Shown: in pieces, positions 37,261 through 50,089 of the stretch
Numbering within the stretch: the first letter of the stretch is position 1
Layout: the number at the start of each line of letters is the position of its first letter
From: Octopus vulgaris
Taxonomy: Eukaryota
NCBI GenBank assembly: GCA_951406725.2
Contig: OX597824.1
Span: 4,526,001 to 4,590,000 of the forward strand
Length of the DNA: 64,000 nucleotides
Direction: 5' to 3'
Position numbers and translations under genes: made by a program
The notes under the pieces: model-generated
Databases searched by the model: none
What the model was told of the DNA's origin: nothing
Seen by the model: the letters and a program-made list of their open reading frames with translations, nothing else

Positions 37261-40200
37261 GTGGTTACTCAGTTTGCTAGAAATCTCACCCAAATTTCCA
37301 CAAACATGAACAAAATTAACTAAAAGAAAAAAACTAAAATCAATGCAGATGACTCAAAATCCTAAATGTTTAAAACTGATAATGTAAAGAGCGTTTTAAG
37401 AAAAGAAAATAATGTCACAATTAGAAATGCTTATTCTAAAATTCTTCCAAATCAACAACGAAATCAGAAAAATAAATTCAACAACTCTATGAAAATTAAT
37501 GAGTGTGGTTTTTAAAAGATGGAAGGAACAAAGAAATGAATTGATTTAAAGATGGACACAGGAAGTAGACATCACAGTGAATACCAGTTATCATTCAATT
37601 TGATTGAAATAAGATAAGAATTACATTGAAGCCTTCAAAATAGACAATAAAAATTACATTTTTATAAAGATGAATTCAAGTTGGAACTATTAAGATTTCA
37701 TGATATTCACTTTAGACTGAACAGGAAGTTCTTGTAGTTTTGGCTGCATAGAAATATCAAAATATTTAAATTATTTCTTTCTCTGTTGTAATTAGATGTC
37801 ATTATCAAAAGATCAGCGAACATACACTGTCCTAAAAATGTCAAATACTAGTGGTAATCCTGTTCAACTGCCTGGAGTGATCTGGGTACCTGGCAGTATG
37901 AATGTCAGGATAATAGACAAGCTTTCCCGAAATCTCTGAGCAAAGAGGGTCAACAAATGAGTAGGATTGGTGGGGTTTAATGAATGCAGTGGAGAAATGG
38001 ATGAAAGCTGTGGTGAGGAGGTAAGAGGCATAATGGAGATGGAGAAACATCCATTAAGAAGCCTAATTAATCTCAGTTGTTAACTAGTTTATATTAATGC
38101 TAAAAATATTTTTCAATCACCTGTATATTCATAGAGGAGTGCATAAGGTGGGGAATAAAAATTTGTGTGTGGGTGTATATGCATGTGTGGGTGTGTGTAC
38201 ACATTTATGTACTCATGCACATATGTATATATATGTAAGGATTAGTGCTAAAAGGGCATCCAGCTGTAAAACAATGCCTCTATCATATAAACGTCTAACC
38301 CATGCTGGTATGGTAAAACAGAAAATGAACACACACATACACACACGCGCACACACACACACATTATACATACATATTAATATCCATATGCATATGCATT
38401 TATGTATATTAATAAACATAACCATAACTTCTTCTTTGCACAAGAGTTTGGTCCCACTGGTGATTTCTACTACTCTGGAAGTTGACCAATACCTTGTGAG
38501 TGAAATTTAGCAGAAGGAAACTAGAAGAAGCCTGCCATACATATATATACTATGTGTGTGTGTGGCTAAGTGTATATACCCCTTGTTGTGGAATGTGCCG
38601 ATTGCAAACAAAAATGTTACTATTCATGTAAAGTGTCATTCGTTTGCAGTCCTCTATGAAAGCAAGTCCAGGCTGTTTATTATTTGACAGCCTGGTAGAA
38701 TTATTACCTTGACTGGAGCATCAGTATTAGTAGGGTTGGTGTCAGGAAGGGCATCCACCCACAGGGAAACAAAACTGCTTCTGTGAAGTCTCTTCCGACC
38801 TGTGAAAGCATCGAAAAACAGATGCGAAAATGATGGAGAAAATGATGAGGTGTGGTGGTGTTGGGAGGTGCGTGGGTGTATGCAATGAGCATGCACACAC
38901 ACATACATGTATATGCACTCATACACACATATAATTATACATACACATATATGCATACGTATACACACATATGTATATACGCACATGCATAATCTTTAGA
39001 CACACACACACACACAAAATAAGGGTTACACAAAGTACCAGCTGGTATTTAGCATATACATTAATTCAATTGATAAAGCAACACTCTGGAAGATGGAAGC
39101 TACTGTAAGATTCATAAACTGTTTTTATGCTAAATAAATTGAGAATAACAATTGAGCTGTTTAAACCCTGTATACAAATGTTATAGGCTAAGATCCTGTG
39201 GCCCAGTGGGCGGGCGAATGTAAGTGTTTTGTATGGTTAACGTAACAGAAACTCATGTTGTTAAGTATGAGCTGAATGGCCCCTTGTTTTGTGGGAGGAG
39301 TAAACATTTGCTAATTTCAAACTGGATGGAAATAAGTTTCACTTGAATGATATGACTTTTCTGTCCTTAATAAATGTGAAAAAAAAGACGACAGGTAATA
39401 AAACGAAAACTGAGTGAGGTATGAGAGGGATATGAAAAGGAAAAGGGATCGAAATTATTACAATAAGTTTTCAATACCAAACTTAACCTAAACAAAACCG
39501 AGATGCACATGCTCTCTTAATTACCTCCCTTGCACCAAGTAAACTTCTCACAGTACAATTTTTTTTTTCCTCCCTCAACTCCTGCTTGACTGGAAAATAG
39601 CGATGGATTATTGGCGAATATTTTCTAAATTTCATTTGATTTTGTTGTTTTTATCAAGAAGAAATATATTTTTTGTAAATCTCCTTTACAGCTCTCTGTT
39701 ACTTTCAAATCTAAACTGCTATATATATATTTCAGCTGAAACTATGACTTGAGGTGCCAGTCTTCAAAATATCATAACTGCAAGTGATGCTATCACAATC
39801 CCAAACTACCAACAATATGCCCACCGCAACACTTTCATCTGCGATATTACCATTTCTACTAATCCATCTAAACGTTAACAGATTACCCATACAAACACAA
39901 CGTATATTTGGTCATCATCATAATCATAACAATCATTACATCCACCTGCACTTTGAATAAAAACTTCTTCTATTTATGGTTTCTTCTTTTAAAGATGTTG
40001 TCTTCTAATAAAAGAGTTTGATTTATAAAAGAACCAGTGATGTGAGAAGGAAAACTGAAGAATAAAGTAGTCACAACATTGAAATGGTGCAAATATTAAG
40101 TTCAGACTGATACCAACTTATCAAAAGTATGTAGTGATTAGAATTGTTTCACTAGTGTCTTCCTGTAACATAAACAAAACAAAACATAAGATTTAAAAAA

Positions 40201-40857
40201 TAAATATGAAAGCTAAAAAATGAAGGATACAAAGGACAGGATAGAGAATCCACAGAAAAATAATAATTAACTCAGAACCTTTGTGTTATGACTATTTTTA
40301 TTTGTGATGGATTGGAAGAAATAATAGCATGAGATTGACAGCTACTGATATTTTAACTCAAAGTCTCTCCACAATCATCATCACCACCACCACCACCACC
40401 ACTACCACCACCACCACCACCACCACCACCACCATCACCATCACCATCACCATCATCATCATCATCATTTAACGACCATTTTCTACGCTGGTGTGAGTTG
40501 GACCTCCTGAGTTCAAATCCCTCACAAGTAGTTTTGTCTTATCTTCTTACTCAGGTCAATATATATTGGCCATACTCTATATTTCATGTAATTTGTGGTT
40601 TTGTTCCTCTATAAGAAATCCCTGTTGTTGTTGCCATTGTTGTTGCTATCATCAGCCTCATTATTATATGAAAACTGTGATAAATAACACCTGTAATACA
40701 CCTGTTACACTCAAGGTAAAATCCTGCTGTGGATCTCTTTACCAGTGTTTATAAGATAGGAAGAAGGGCAGTGATTATGACCCTTTTCAAAGCCTTCAAA
40801 ATGAGGGATCAGAAAGGAGGAAATTATCTGAGGAACAGGGATCTGACCAGAAAGTTT

Positions 40858-41310
40858 ATTGTTGTTGTTGTTAAGTAACAAGACGGGTAAGGATGATTTC
40901 ACTGCGTCCGTTCTGTGGGTTGGGAGACATCTGGCAGGTAGGGAGTGGAAGTTCACTTTTCCCAGATCTGAACGACAAGGAGAGGGTCACTGGCCAGAGC
41001 ATCTGGAGATGGGTTGGCATTCACGGCGGGCGATGGATCCGTGGACAGTCGTAGATGACATGCTCTGCATCTCTCTCCCACTCCGCACTTTCTGCAGGTT
41101 CTGTCTATGGCTCAGTAAATCTTGTAGAGCCAGTACTTGAGGTTCGGATGATGACCACTTCTAAGTCGGCTGAGTGTTACCTGCTGCTGCCTGGTTAGAG
41201 ACGAATCAGTGGCACTGCTCACTTTCTCTCCATGGTTGCCGTAGATCCTCTTGACTCTTTCGTGTTTGAAGGGAGGAGATTTAAGTGCCCGGTGGATCAC
41301 TGCGTTCAAG
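40858..41310 (-). mobile_element. 3' end of an I/Ingi/R1-like LINE with CCHC knuckle and (AAC)n tail
   Basis: QVTLSRLRSGH, then CRKCG...AEHVIYDCP (frameshifted). Tail (caa)n at 40858-40872. Confidence 0.8.
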
Positions 41311-42410
41311 AATTTGGACCTGGAGATCTACATTTCTAGCAACTTCAAAGGCCACCTCCCAGTGGTGTCAGGTGTCAATGAAGAGCCCTCGACTACAACA
41401 CGACCAAAGACAACCAAAGAAAGCTTATGATAGAGTGAACTTGACTGAAAGTACCCAGTGGTCAAAGTGGATGACAGCTTAAGTCTACTGCCCCAAAATA
41501 AGAATGCTCCCTCCAACTGTCTTCTGCACAGTTTCTGTTGACTCAAAAAGCTTTGGTCAATGAGAAGATATGGAAGAAGACACTTCACAAGATGCCACAC
41601 AGTGAGTTTGAACTCTAAGCCATGTGACTATGAAGCAAACTTCTTAAACACACAGCCATGCCTGTGCCCTTAAATTATTATAAACATGTATAGAAACATC
41701 TAAATCAACAAATATTTCCAGAGAATGTTAAAGATTTATATAGCCAAATATTGTAATTTTCTGGAACTTGCCTTTGCCAAATACTCATAGTAACCTGTCA
41801 ATGTCTTTTCAAAAACAATTGTATATCATTCCGTTTACACCAATTATAGATGAGGTAACAGATACATTTTTTACATACCATGATGTTTTCAACACAATGG
41901 CTATGTCAGCATAATTGCCAATTTTTCCCCTCAACTTCAACACAACATTGTACTCATCCCATTGTTGTTTCAATTATTAACACATTATTGTTATTTTTGT
42001 CAAATATAATATCAGATTTTTGTTCTTCACTGCCAGGTGATACACTTGCATGCTAAAATTCCATCTGGCTTCCATATTGCTATTTCCTGAGATAGACAAG
42101 TTCATAAAAGTATAACAGAAATTTTAATGAAAACTAATTTTGGATGTTGTGACACAAAATGTTGTCATGTTTCGAACAATCAACAGAGGCAACATTGTAA
42201 TACATGCAACAGAAACGATGGGTGTTCTTCTGAGTGTACTCCGCAATTATGCCAACTAATCTGCTGCCCTGTTTGAGCTAAATATTTTAATCCAGACCAG
42301 AAATACATTTTTTTTAAAACAGATACTTGGTGGGCATCACAAAGGCATTAACCATGGAGGGTTAATAATGTTTTAAGTTTTCTATCATGATTGATTGGTG
42401 TGCTGTTTGT

Positions 42411-42791
42411 ATTCTTTTCTTCTTTTACTTGTTTGAGTCATTTTGACTGCAGCCATGCTGGAGCACCGCCTTTAGTTGAGCAAATCGACTCCAGGATTTA
42501 TACTTTGTAAGCCTAGTACTTATTCTATTGGTCTTTTTTGCTAAACTGCTAAGTTACGGGGATGTTAACACACCAACATCGGTTGTCAAGCAGTGTTGAG
42601 GGGACAAACATAGATGCACAAACATATACACACATACATATATACAACGTGCTTCTTTCAGTTTCCATCTACCAAAGGCTTTGGTCAGCCCGAGGCAATA
42701 GTAGAAGGCACTTGCTCAAGGTGCCACACAGTGGGACTGAACCCAGGACCATGAAGTTGGTAAGCAAGCTACTTACCACACAGCCACTCCT
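42411..42791 (-). mobile_element. SINE family 3 copy
   Basis: Homologous to 45890-46302. Confidence 0.85.
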
Positions 42792-43068
42792 TTGGATTTT
42801 AGCCATTTGAAATTATATCTTATTTGTTGAGAATATTTTGTAGCTGCAGTAATGATTGATTTATGCCCTTTTTTGCTCTCCAATTCAACAAAAGTTAATA
42901 AGGTAAAAAGATAGTGGCTAAGATTAATAATTGTTTTTTTTTTAAACCATTCTTGATACTCCATTGTTCCTTGTCATCTTCTCTTCTTGGAATGTGAAGT
43001 AAAATTCATTCCCTGATTTGTTGCATAATGTAAGACATTTTTAGAAGATTTCTAGTGTTGCTGTTACA

Positions 43069-43329
43069 CAGGTTGTTCAAAAAGTCTCTCCACAGTAAGT
43101 GTTTTATTGCAAAATAAATATTTATAAGATGGTACAAGACTACAAAAGAATATATTAGACTTTACAAGAGTTTAAAATACTTTATAAGAGGTGTTGAAAA
43201 GTGTCGTCCTTCATTTTCAAAACACAAGTTGACTCTTCTACACATGTTCTGAAATACATCTTGGAGAGTCTGACTTTTGGAGAGTCAGGATGAAAAAATT
43301 CACTGTGGAGAGACTTTTTGAACACACTG
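43069..43329 (-). mobile_element. Tc1/mariner-superfamily MITE (deletion derivative)
   Basis: About 28-bp TIRs cag(gt/tg)tgttcaaaaagtctctccacagt, with TA at the right end. Minus strand keeps a transposase C-terminus LQDVFQNMCRRVNLCFENEGRHF/QHLL. Confidence 0.85.
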
Positions 43330-43870
43330 TAGTTTTAAACCACCTGCATTCCACTTCAATATTACAAAACCACACTATTATTCTTAGTACTGGTCTTCTC
43401 ACCTGGTAAATGAGTTTTTTGAATTTTTTTATTTGTTTTATCCAAATACGTATTCTTATTCTCATAACTTTACACACACACACACACACACACACCTGTA
43501 TACAGTTTTACAATCTTTGATCGACGTTCAAATACCTACAGGATACAGAATCAATCAGCTTCTGTATTATTTCCCCTACATGGTGTTAGAAATCTTCACA
43601 CTTATTAATCTACCTCACTACATTGGTAACTTTCTGCATTTGTCATATTCAAAGGCTATGCTGCCGTCTTCATTAAACCGTCCGAAAAATACCAAAGAGA
43701 CTTTCAAAAGCTGAACACAATCTGCTACATGCAATTTTGAATCATTCATAAACGATACGTGTCCTCTCTCTCCATGTTGTGCTCGAAACTGGCGTTTTTA
43801 ATTAATCAACTCAAAGGCAACACAAATGGTAAAATGTGAAAACTGGAAGAGCCACCATCTTGAAATATCC

Positions 43871-44021
43871 TGGTGTATTTTGTGATGCTGAAAGAGATAC
43901 AAGGCTAAGCAATGCAAAATGGACTGGAAGATGAGGTAACGAGAATTAAAAGTCAGTTACCTGGTAATCTTTTGTTTTGATTTTTGTTTTTATATTGTTG
44001 TTACTGTTGGTCTTATATGTG
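43871..44021. repeat. Unclassified 150-bp repeat, copy 1 of 3
   Basis: Direct copy at 48010-48160 and inverted partial copy at 48249-48376. Confidence 0.85.
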
Positions 44022-44346
44022 TCTCATATTTTGTGACTTAAAAGTCCCTTCATCAGGGTTTAAAGAAGTTGCTTTGGATAAGATTTTTTTGATTTTGATT
44101 AAAATTATTTCAAGTGTATTTGATGAGGGATTTTTTTCAGTTTCACTTTCTTCGTGAATGACATCAATTGCTAATATTTTGATGAAACTAGCATAATATG
44201 ATATAGAAGACAAAAATTACTTGATACATTTTCATTTCTGTTTTAAAGAAGTTAACAATGCAATTGTCAGATTCAAGAACTTACAGGCTTTTGATGAGCC
44301 AATCATGAGAGACAGAAACAAATTCCTCTTCTTTTCTTTTGTACCA

Positions 44347-44358
44347 ATTATTATAATA

Positions 44359-44424
<66 letters not shown>

Positions 44425-44439
44425 ATAATTATTATTATT
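44347..44439. repeat. (ATT)n microsatellite
   Basis: Direct reading. Confidence 0.95.
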
Positions 44440-44672
44440 CCTGATAAAGATTTGAAGCTAAATATTGAAAGATATTTGAGAGAGGAGTATATTCAATTAA
44501 ATCAACCTGAGTACTCAACTAGTATTTATTTAATAAACTCTGGAAGGATAAAAGGGTAAGGTTGATCTTCAGTAGGATATGAACTCTGAACATAAGGGAC
44601 CATAACTAAATACTACAAAGCATTTCAACCAACATTCAAATAATTTTACCAATAAACCATCCTAATAAGAAT

Positions 44673-45140
44673 TGCAATGTTTCAGTCCAAATATGCCTGA
44701 TGCACGTTCAAACCGGGGAACAAGCAACTCACTGTGTTTTGTCAAATAGAATATATCCTGTTTGTTAACAAATGGTGTGTATACACCTAGATCAGCTTGC
44801 AGCACCATCTACCGAGGCTGAGAGATGTTAACATTTCGGAGTAGCTGTCTCCTCATTGGTCACAGACACTAGGCAGGTAGTGCTGCCTGCCATCTGCTTA
44901 GTGTCTGTGACCGATGAGGAGATAACTACTCCGAAATGCTAGTATCTCAGTCTAGGCAGATGGCACTGCAGGCAGATCTAAGTGCATTCACACCATTTGT
45001 CAACAAGCAAGATGTATTCTCCGTGACAAAACAACGCAGTGAGTAGCTTGCTCCCCTGTTCAAACATGCATCAAGCATATTTGGACTGATAATAACATTG
45101 CAATTTCACTTATCACTGCTTAGCACTCCCCCCTCAGTAA
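44673..45140 (+). mobile_element. About 470-bp palindromic element with hammerhead folds, short tail and 12-bp TSD (Penelope-like inverted pLTR)
   Basis: Arms at about 44670-44881 and 44889-45105; TSD cctaataagaat at 44661-44672 and 45141-45152. Confidence 0.85.
44908..44949 (+). ncRNA. Minimal type-I hammerhead ribozyme-like motif with CCGAUGA core
   Basis: tga-CCGATGA-ggag-ataacta-ctcc-GAAA-tgc-ta-gta-TC-tca. Stems I-III all pair; cleavage triplet AUC. Confidence 0.65.
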
Positions 45141-45432
45141 CCTAATAAGAATGGTTTCAAATTTTGGAACACGGCTACTAATTCTAGAGGGACGGGTAAA
45201 TAATAATAATAATTCTTTCTAGTTTTGGAACATGGCCTTCATTTTTAGGGGAAGAAGATTAACCAATTGCATCACCTCCACTGTTTAGCTGATAAGTTAT
45301 TTTATCAACCACAAAAGAATGAAAAGCAAAGTTGACCTCATTAAGATTTGAACTCAGAATGTAGAGAGCAGAAGAAATACTGCTATGCATTTTGTCCAAT
45401 GCACAAACGATTCTGCCAGGTCATCCATCCCT

Positions 45433-45866
45433 CCATCATTTTGAATCCAGGTTTTGTCCCCGTTAACGGGGGTGGCCGGATCTACCTCAGTGTCATAGCA
45501 ACCATCTCACCATCTTGCCCGGTTTTAGGCATCCTCCCTTTTCAAGCCAACCCTCCCAATCTCCTCCTCACCTCTCCCTTCCACACTTTCCTCAGTCTAC
45601 CTCGCTTTTGCCGTCCATTCACCTCAAACCGTAGCACCCTCTTCAGAACATGCTCCTCATCCCTCCTCAACACATGTCCATACCACTACACTCCATTCAC
45701 CCTCGCCAGCCTTTCCACCGATTCCTCCAGCCCCAGCATCACCACTGCTCTCTCAGTTCTTCTCAAAATTGCCATCTCTCTCTCTCCCTCAAACACCATG
45801 TCTCACTCCCATACAGCATTGCAACTCTCACACAACTCCTACAGAACTTTCCTTTCATTTTCCCAT
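45433..45866 (-). mobile_element. RTE LINE 3' fragment
   Basis: KMKGKFCRSCVRVAMLYGSETWCL is typical of the RTE post-RT region. The 3' end is shared with 10410-10612. Confidence 0.85.
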
Positions 45867-45889
45867 ATAATAATAATAATAATAATATA

Positions 45890-46302
45890 GACGCAGGAGT
45901 GGCTGTGTGGTAAGAAGCTTGTTTCAGCACCATATGGTTCCGGTTCAGTCCCCTGTGTGGCATCTTGGGCAAGTGTCTTCTGCTATAGCCTCGGGCCAAC
46001 CAATGCCTTGTGAGTGGATTTGGTAGACGGAAACTGAAAGAAACCTGTCGTATATATGTATATATATATATATATGTATGTGTGTGTATATGTTTCTGTG
46101 TCTATGTTTGTCCCTCTAGCATTGCTTGACAACCGATTCTGGTGTGTTTACGTCCCTGTCACCTAGCGGTTCGGCAAAAGAGACCAATAGAATAAATACT
46201 GGGCTTACAAAGAATAAGTCCCGGGGTCGATTTGCTTGACTAAAAGCGGTGCTCCAGCATGGCCGCAGTCAAATGACTGAAACAATAAAAGAGTAAGAGT
46301 AA
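45890..46302 (+). mobile_element. Full-length SINE family 3 (tRNA head plus CORE-like domain)
   Basis: A box gtggctgtgtggtaag, B box ggttcagtccc, cttgggcaagtgtcttc, internal TA/TG tract, short-repeat tail. Confidence 0.9.
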
Positions 46303-46566
46303 GGCCTGTTACCTTACTTCAGCTTCAGTTTTCCACTTTATGTTCCCCAACAAGTTTGATAGAAAACAGAACATTCTACACATTAACCAAGGCTAACTTT
46401 TCTTTTGTGGGATTATTTTTAGCAAGACAAATATTATGTTTCTGCTTGCCCATTTTTGAATGTATTCCTTGAGCGAGAAGAAAGCACTGTCCATCAAAAT
46501 CTATCTCTTCTTTATTAATTTTTTCCAGAAGCCATCTTATGGCCAACAATTCTCTGTGCTTGGCCA

Positions 46567-46974
46567 TACTTTTATTCTTTTATTTGTTTCAGTCGTTTGA
46601 CTGCAGTCATGCTGGAGCACAGCCTTTAGTCGGACAAATCAAACCCAGGACTTATTCTTTGTAAGCCTGGTATTTATTCTATCAGTCTTTCTTGCCGAAC
46701 GGCTAAGTTACAGGGATGCAAACACACCAACATCAGTTGTCAAACGATGGTGGTGGGACAAACAGACACAAAGACACACAAACATATATACATATATATA
46801 TATACATATAAGACGGGTTTCTTTCAGTTTCCACCTACCAAATCCACTCACAAGGCTTTGGTCAGCCTGAGGCTATAGTAGAAGATATTTGCCCGAGGTG
46901 CCACGCAGTGGGACTGAACCCAAAACCATGTAGTTGGGGAGCAATCTTCTTACCACACAGCCATGCCTCTACCT
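46567..46974 (-). mobile_element. Full-length SINE family 3, antisense
   Basis: Reverse complement of 45890-46302. Confidence 0.9.
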
Positions 46975-46999
46975 ATGCTAGCAAAGTTATTATTAAAAT

Positions 47000-47450
47000 T
47001 TTATCCTGTGTATGTTCATCTACAAATATCTCTTTTTAATTATTTTCTTTGTTCATCTTTTGCAGATGTGACAGCGTAAATGGCATTTACATTTTCCTTT
47101 TGTTTTTTGTCTTTCTAAAATTCTATGTTAATGTTTTTACCAATTTTTTTGTTCTTGCAGCCATGATTAGCACCACTGCTGTTGTGGTCTCCCACCACAG
47201 CTTTAGAAGGAGGAACCATCTGGAATAACTAGTTAACAAATGCTTGCATAACATGAAGTATAAAATGTCCATGGACAAACGCCTTTGTCTTCCACAGCAA
47301 GGTAAATGAGAGTGACACTGAACCATTTCAAAGAGTTCTTTCAGTAAAAAAATAAAGAGAAAAAAAAACAATTTATTTTTCGTCATGTAAAAATGTAGAA
47401 ATGTTGAATATTCCTCAGTGTTGTGTGTTGACATGTCCATTCACCTCCAA
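47000..47450 (-). mobile_element. Possible decayed piggyBac transposase C-terminal fragment
   Basis: FLHFYMTK, CGRQRRLSMDILYFML and a downstream RCHIC resemble piggyBac FYNxTK, RxTRRWPMxxFYxML and the Cys-rich domain. Confidence 0.45.
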
Positions 47451-50089
47451 ACTCAACAACAACAACCACAACAATATTAATCTTATCTTTATTAGCCACA
47501 GGGACTTAAAAGATAAAAATACAAAGGGACATTAACAAGGGGTTTTACAAAGATAATGTGAGATGGTTAAGTTATACAAAGTCAAGAGAAGGGATGAAAT
47601 ACATTATGCAATACCTGATGAGGCAAATAAAAAATTCTAAGGAACAAATATTTGAGCATAAATAACAAAAAAAAAAGTATGATAAAACACAATAATTAAA
47701 ACAAGATATAATTAACAGTAATAAACATGGAAAATTACTGGCTCATTTGGGTTAGAGAACTCAACATATCTGCTTGCCATTCTTTGTATTATTCAAAAGC
47801 ACAGGTTAAAATTATTTTTGAATTGGTTTGAGTTAAAAAAATATCAACATTTTCAAGAAAAGTTTAAATTCATTCAACAGTCTTAATTTTGTTTTTACTA
47901 ACAATCTATCTTGTGCATATTGCCTGCATTCAAAACCTAATTGTTGCTGTGCTATTTTCACTTCATTGCAAAATCCATAGCACCACAAAATGGGGTTTTT
48001 ATTTATATCTGGTGTATTTTGTGATGCTGAAAGAGATAGAAGGCTTAACAACGCAAAATGAAGTGGAAGATAAGGTAACGAAAATTAAAAGTCAGTTACC
48101 TGGTAATCTTTTGTTTTGATTTTTGTTTTTATATCGTGGTTACTGTTGGTCTTATATGTGCCTGGCTGACCACAGCATTGTAAGTAGATCTGATAGGCAA
48201 AAAGTGAAAGAACCCTGTTGCATGCATGCGTGTGTGTGTGTGCATGGACACATATAAGACCAACAATAACAACAGTAAAAGCAAAAATCAAAACAATGAT
48301 TACCAGGTAAACTGACTTAAATTTCCTTACCTCATCTTCCACTCCATTTTGCATTCTATCTTTTTCCAATGTCACATACCATATACAATGCTACAAACAA
48401 ACAATAACATTTTACTAGTCTAATTCGATTTTTAAAGGGCATCCAATCTCAAATCACCATTCTCCTCTTCATCATCTTCGTTATTGTTTTGAAGAGTCAC
48501 ATCTTTGTTGTTTTGTGGAAGTTGTTGCTTCTCACCTGTTTTAAGGTGTATTATATTGACTTTCCCTTTTTTTTTTTGAGATTTTTTATTTTTATCCTTT
48601 TTTGGTGTTGGATTCATCAGATAATACCCTTTTCTCAACAATCATAATTTCTCCCTTGTCACATGATGAACGAGTGGTGCCACTGGCTTCTACAATTCAG
48701 GGACAAGATGTTTGTTCACTTGTTTCCAGAACAAGGCATAATGTTATCTCTTTTGTTATTCCCAGAGTTTGGACTGATGCTTCTCTGGAAATGAGTTTCT
48801 TGCTCCAGTCAGCTGTCTCAGCTGGTCCCTATTACTTCTGTTTCTGGTTTCCTTGCCTCATTTTTCCAGTTCTTTTGTTCAAGAGCCTCTGAAGTGGTCC
48901 CTAATACAATAATAGCAACTGGGCTATTTATCTTGTACCATCAATTTCATACCATTTGCCTCGGTACTCTCGACTGGTCACAGTTCCAGTATGGCTCTGT
49001 GGCCATCAGGATTTATAAGGACTTTCAAATTCATTTTCATAACCCCTAGTCACATGTTGCCTTTTGTTAGCTCTGCTTTAACTACTCTCTCTTGCTGTGA
49101 TACAAAAGTGATGACCAACCAGAGATCTATATCCTTTTTCATATCTCTTTTATTTCTTAGCTCCATGTAGCAGGGCAACGAGACACATGCACAAACGTAT
49201 GGATGGAAGTGAGTCAAACGATTTCATCCTATCTTTTGGCTGAGTCTTTAGTTTGGAAAGTGCAGCAGATAGTGTCATATATTCTTCTTTTTGACAGTAG
49301 AAAGACTTTTTCTCCAAATGTCCTGAAGTGCTTGTTGCTCACCTTGACTTTACTAAAACACAAATATATAATATTTTTCATCATTCTTTCTTTGATTAGA
49401 GTTTGTGGCAAAGAAACCGTTTGATCTTAGAGAATTCTACCTACTACATTTTTTTTCGTTTTTTTTTTTTTTGACTGTTAAGTCTAAAAATTCTGTTTGT
49501 TTTTGTTTGTGTTATAATTCAGATAAGATTAGCCCTAACACAGTTAATGCACGCGAGATTCAAAGTGAGAATGTTTCCACGACTGCTGTCACTATCATTA
49601 TCTTCAAAACTACTTAGTAAACTGTTTGAAATATTTTTATCTATTAATTGTTCATTTAAATGCTTGTTTTCCTTTTTTTTTATTTATTCAGTCAGGTATT
49701 TTAATTTTAATTTTTGTGTGTTTTTTCCATTTGTTGGAGTGTTTTGTCGAGTACCATGTTTATGTTTGCCAACCATTTTGAAAGTAAAAATGTGCATTTA
49801 AATAAGGAGGGAAATGTCTGAAAAAAGCAAACCTTCCTTGTTTTATCTACCCTTCGATATCAAGAACAGGCTTTGCTCAAGTAGTTATAATGGTTTTTAT
49901 CAAGTCTTCCAAAGAAAATTTAATTTAGTAATGCTATAACTCCAGAATAAAATAAACATACATGCAACGACAACTATGATGATGATGATGGCGATGAGGT
50001 CACTGATGATGACAATGATGACAACAATGACAAGATGGTGGTCCTCTAGTTTTGCAAATAGCATCACTGAACTGATAGAAGTTAGCAGA

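Noticed and set aside
45348-45890. 180-aa ORF
   Set aside because: It is the antisense reading of an RTE fragment plus SINE sequence.
47615-47640. CTGATGAG hammerhead-like start (also ctgaaga at about 52482)
   Set aside because: There is no matching stem II/GAAA/stem III arrangement.
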